A stretch of 64,000 nt of DNA from Candidatus Woesearchaeota archaeon (lineage in GTDB: Archaea > Nanobdellota > Nanobdellia > Woesearchaeales > UBA11576), in the NCBI GenBank assembly GCA_018668595.1, contig JABJCP010000043.1:36490-100489 (forward strand). Reading direction: 5' to 3'. The translations under genes were made by a program, and so were the position numbers. Each line of letters starts with the position of its first letter. Position 1 is the stretch's first letter. Below the pieces are notes generated by a model that was not told the origin of the DNA, did no database searches, and was given only the letters and a program-made list of their open reading frames with translations. Shown here piece by piece: positions 60,987 through 64,000 of the stretch.

Positions 60987-63900
60987 ATGGTTAAAAGGGG
61001 TAGTCATAGTAAATATATTAGTAATATTTGTATTTTTCTAATTTATCTTGTAATCACATTACCTATTTGTGGTGCTTCTGTTTATGGTTCAATCCATAAT
61101 TCTTCTATTAAAGGTCAAGATAATGTTAATAGTTATCGTAAAGTTGATGACATTACTCAAATTGATATTGAGTTGGATATTCCTGGAGATCCTAGCCTCG
61201 ACCCTAGTCAAATAAAATTACTTAACAAACCGTCAAAGTTTTTTGAATGTTTGTGGTTAAATACTACTAACAGATTTTCATGTTCATTAATTATTTACGA
61301 ACTTATTCAGCCAGGTATCCATAGTTATCAAGTTCAAATTTTTGATGATGCAGGCGAACCTATGGATGCTGCAACAAACCTTAATTTTGTCGTCGATAAC
61401 CTTCCTCCGAGCATTCAAAAATTTGATCTTATTACTAATGAGTCTGGGGTATTTGCTAATTTTTCTATAATGGATCTTGGATGTGCAACTTGTGGTCCTA
61501 ATTGTGCAGGTCCTGCAAAAGCTAATTTTTTGATAAACTATAAAGAAATTGGTTCAATGCCTTTGAGTAAAACTAATGGTAGTTGTTTGTTTCAAGGTCT
61601 TACAAAACTTGAAATTGGTTCAAGCGAGGGCATTATTGAAACTAAAACTATTTGTATTGATGCATTTGATAAATTAGGCCATAGATCTGAAACTTGTAAA
61701 GAAATTACTATTGATCTTAAACCTCCTCAGCTTATTGATATGAATTTGATTTATGGTGGAGTTCCTATTAAGTTTACTAAAGGAGATCCTTTAATGAACG
61801 TCGAACTTGTAGTAGAATTGTTTGATGATTCGGTTTTAGATATTGAAAGTTTAACAATGGATCTTTCTCAGATCAATGAACGTCCAGAATATCAAGATAA
61901 ATATAATAAAATTACTACAAAACCTGGAATGATTGTATTTGATAACTGTTTTAATGGGTCTGATTATTTTAGTCCAAATCATAAAAATAATATTTCTGGA
62001 AATATTAATTGTACTTGGAACAGTATAGTATTTTATTATTCTCAAGAAATTCCGCCAACAGTTCCTTTTTTTATTAAAGATTCTAATAATCTTATCTTAA
62101 ACACTACATTTACACTTCCTATTGTTGTTGATAAAACTAAACCAGTTGTTGACGCATTTGAGTCAAATCTAAAAGATGATATTGGAAGAAGTTGGATTGG
62201 TTTAGAACCTATTGATTTTCGTTCAGCAATTATTGAAAATGATAGTGGTTTGAAAAATAAACTTCTTGTTTTAGATTTTACGAGTTTTGGTGAACAAAAT
62301 GTCACTAGTGGTTCTCCTTTTTTCTTAAGACCTAATAATTGTACACCTAGTTGGGAATGTGTTTGGAAAAATATTAAAATTGATAATGATGATTTAGAAT
62401 CTGGAGATATTCTTGATTTAAGATTTGTTTCTCCGTCGCAAGATGATGCAGGTAATCCTCTTACAGGTCAAACTTCTGTTGCTGTTCATTTTGATCCTAC
62501 TCCTCCAGAGCTCGTTGAAGGATCTATTCAAAAACCTTATGTTTGTCCAGTTGCAGGCGAAACTATTTTATTTGAATTTAATGTTTCTGAAAAACTTTCC
62601 GGCGGAGTGAATGTTTTATTTGATGCTTCAAATATTTCTTTAGCTTCTTATCCTAGTGAAGGTGAATGTGAAAAAATTGAAGGTAAATATGGTATGTGGC
62701 ATTGTAGTTTTGAGGTTGATGATTTAGTATCTTATGGATTAAGTAGTGAAATAAACGTTACTATATTTGATGCTGCAGGAAATAAAAATGAGTTTATAAT
62801 TGAGCAGGAAGTTTGTGAAACTGCTATTGGTGCTCCACCTAATTGTGTTGCGATTTATCCTGGAGAAATAAAACCTGCTCAGGGTATTGATCGTAGAATT
62901 GCATCTCAGATTTCTTATCCTATTTTTTTAAGTCCTACTTTAAATGTTAATTGTCCTAATGCTCAGATTCAAAAGATCATGATTCTGTCATGCAGTATTG
63001 ATGGTGGTTTTGTTTCAAATCAATATATAATGAATGAATATGGAAATGGATTTGAATTTACAAATCCTCTTATTAGTACAAAAGTAGGCCTTGATGGTGG
63101 ACTTAATGAATCTTCAGGAAATTCAGCAAAACTTTCTTGTCAACTTGATATGATTATTAAGGCAGGCACTAAAATTTATCAAGTTCCTGAATCAGATAAT
63201 TTAACAATAGATATTCCATTATACAATCTTGCTCTTGGAGATCTTGATGAAACCTTGACAAAAAAGATTGACAATGTTCAAGATGATATTGATGACACTG
63301 AAGAATTCATTAGTGATTGGGAAGATGGTTTTGAGTTTTTATTTTATATGTGTACTATTGCTGAAATCTTAGCAGAACTTGTGGCAGCAGCTCAAGCAAT
63401 TAAAGTTGTTCTTGGTGCTATTTTATATGTGCTTGGATTAATTTTTGATTTTGCAACTACGTTATATTCAAAACTTTGTTATATTGTAGAATTAATTAGT
63501 TTAATTGTTCTTTCTATTGCTTGGACTCCTACTATTTTAGGTCCTCTTCCAGATGGATTAGGAGATTACCTTCTTAATTTAGGAATGTGGATTAGAATTG
63601 TTTGTACTTTCACGACGTGTAGAATTGGAGAAACTAAAGGATTAATTAATGCTGCTGCACAATTAGGTAGTGATTATGATCCTAATCACAAACCTTATGG
63701 TAATGCATTTAGTAATATTATGAAATATGATTGGGATCCTTATCGTAGTGAACCTATTTCTTGGGCTACAATGTGTTGGCCAGGAGTAATTTATGCTAAA
63801 AAAAAGCATCGTCAATTGCTTTGTATGAAAAAGAAATGTTATATGGATGCTGCTGCTAATGGTATGCCTGTTGATGCTTGTGATACTATGTATAATGTTC

Positions 63901-64000
63901 GTGAATGTGTTTATGTTGATGGTGCTGCATTAAAATATGTTAAAAATCATAGGTATCAAGCAGCTGTAAGTAAATACATGTGGGCGATTTTTAAAGAAGC
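60987..64000 (+). CDS. Very large Cys-rich surface protein with N-glycosylation sequons (3'-partial; ORF continues beyond window)
   Basis: Read manually: ATG at 60987, no stop in frame to position 64000 (more than 1000 codons). N-terminal hydrophobic segment (ICIFLIYLVITLPICGA), more than 15 NxS/T sequons, many Cys residues, and a hydrophobic block near aa 800-870. Not in the ORF track because it is unterminated. Confidence 0.6.
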   Translation, partial: MVKRGSHSKYISNICIFLIYLVITLPICGASVYGSIHNSSIKGQDNVNSYRKVDDITQIDIELDIPGDPSLDPSQIKLLNKPSKFFECLWLNTTNRFSCSLIIYELIQPGIHSYQVQIFDDAGEPMDAATNLNFVVDNLPPSIQKFDLITNESGVFANFSIMDLGCATCGPNCAGPAKANFLINYKEIGSMPLSKTNGSCLFQGLTKLEIGSSEGIIETKTICIDAFDKLGHRSETCKEITIDLKPPQLIDMNLIYGGVPIKFTKGDPLMNVELVVELFDDSVLDIESLTMDLSQINERPEYQDKYNKITTKPGMIVFDNCFNGSDYFSPNHKNNISGNINCTWNSIVFYYSQEIPPTVPFFIKDSNNLILNTTFTLPIVVDKTKPVVDAFESNLKDDIGRSWIGLEPIDFRSAIIENDSGLKNKLLVLDFTSFGEQNVTSGSPFFLRPNNCTPSWECVWKNIKIDNDDLESGDILDLRFVSPSQDDAGNPLTGQTSVAVHFDPTPPELVEGSIQKPYVCPVAGETILFEFNVSEKLSGGVNVLFDASNISLASYPSEGECEKIEGKYGMWHCSFEVDDLVSYGLSSEINVTIFDAAGNKNEFIIEQEVCETAIGAPPNCVAIYPGEIKPAQGIDRRIASQISYPIFLSPTLNVNCPNAQIQKIMILSCSIDGGFVSNQYIMNEYGNGFEFTNPLISTKVGLDGGLNESSGNSAKLSCQLDMIIKAGTKIYQVPESDNLTIDIPLYNLALGDLDETLTKKIDNVQDDIDDTEEFISDWEDGFEFLFYMCTIAEILAELVAAAQAIKVVLGAILYVLGLIFDFATTLYSKLCYIVELISLIVLSIAWTPTILGPLPDGLGDYLLNLGMWIRIVCTFTTCRIGETKGLINAAAQLGSDYDPNHKPYGNAFSNIMKYDWDPYRSEPISWATMCWPGVIYAKKKHRQLLCMKKKCYMDAAANGMPVDACDTMYNVRECVYVDGAALKYVKNHRYQAAVSKYMWAIFKE

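Noticed and set aside
1-64000. Search for tRNA, rRNA and CRISPR arrays.
   Set aside because: No intergenic region shows the GC-rich roughly 75-nt island expected for a tRNA in an AT-rich genome. There are no long structured non-coding stretches and no regularly spaced direct repeats with unique spacers. The only tandem repeats are short AT microsatellites and promoter-proximal repeats.

Overview
This 64-kb window is markedly AT-rich and is almost certainly archaeal, judged from motifs I can read directly in the translated ORFs. The hallmarks are PCNA, the RFC small subunit, an MCM helicase interrupted by a LAGLIDADG intein, TBP, TFE-alpha, PAN, Pelota, ribosomal proteins L34e and L14e, an archaeal-type TyrRS, PheRS alpha and beta, and an eIF-2B-family protein. 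Coding density is high on both strands. Between the housekeeping genes sit many lineage-specific hypothetical proteins and an unusual number of secreted or membrane-anchored proteins, a pattern reminiscent of small-genome (DPANN-like) archaea. That lineage call is inference only. I found no rRNA, no convincing tRNA (no GC-rich intergenic island with cloverleaf potential) and no CRISPR array.

The observations worth follow-up are:
1. A divergently transcribed pair at 13180-18535. One gene encodes a family-B DNA-polymerase-like protein with intact DEDDy exonuclease motifs but no recognisable polymerase catalytic motifs. The other encodes an 821-aa protein whose C-terminus carries RecB/Cas4-like nuclease motifs followed by a 4-Cys cluster. 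The two share a single palindromic TATA box, and a DEAD(DESD)-box helicase lies just upstream.
2. A co-oriented five-gene cluster at 31782-38403: two type-II membrane proteins followed by three tandem paralogous lipoproteins. Its promoter and terminator regions carry tandem and inverted repeats.
3. Two inverted TrmB-family regulator paralogs about 9 kb apart that share a ~100-nt stretch of near-identical DNA.
4. An acetate kinase / phosphotransacetylase (pta-ackA) pair.
5. A large Cys- and N-glycosylation-sequon-rich surface protein ORF that runs off the 3' end of the window. It is absent from the supplied ORF track because it has no stop codon within the window.

Many short ORFs in the track that sit inside longer ORFs are treated as spurious.
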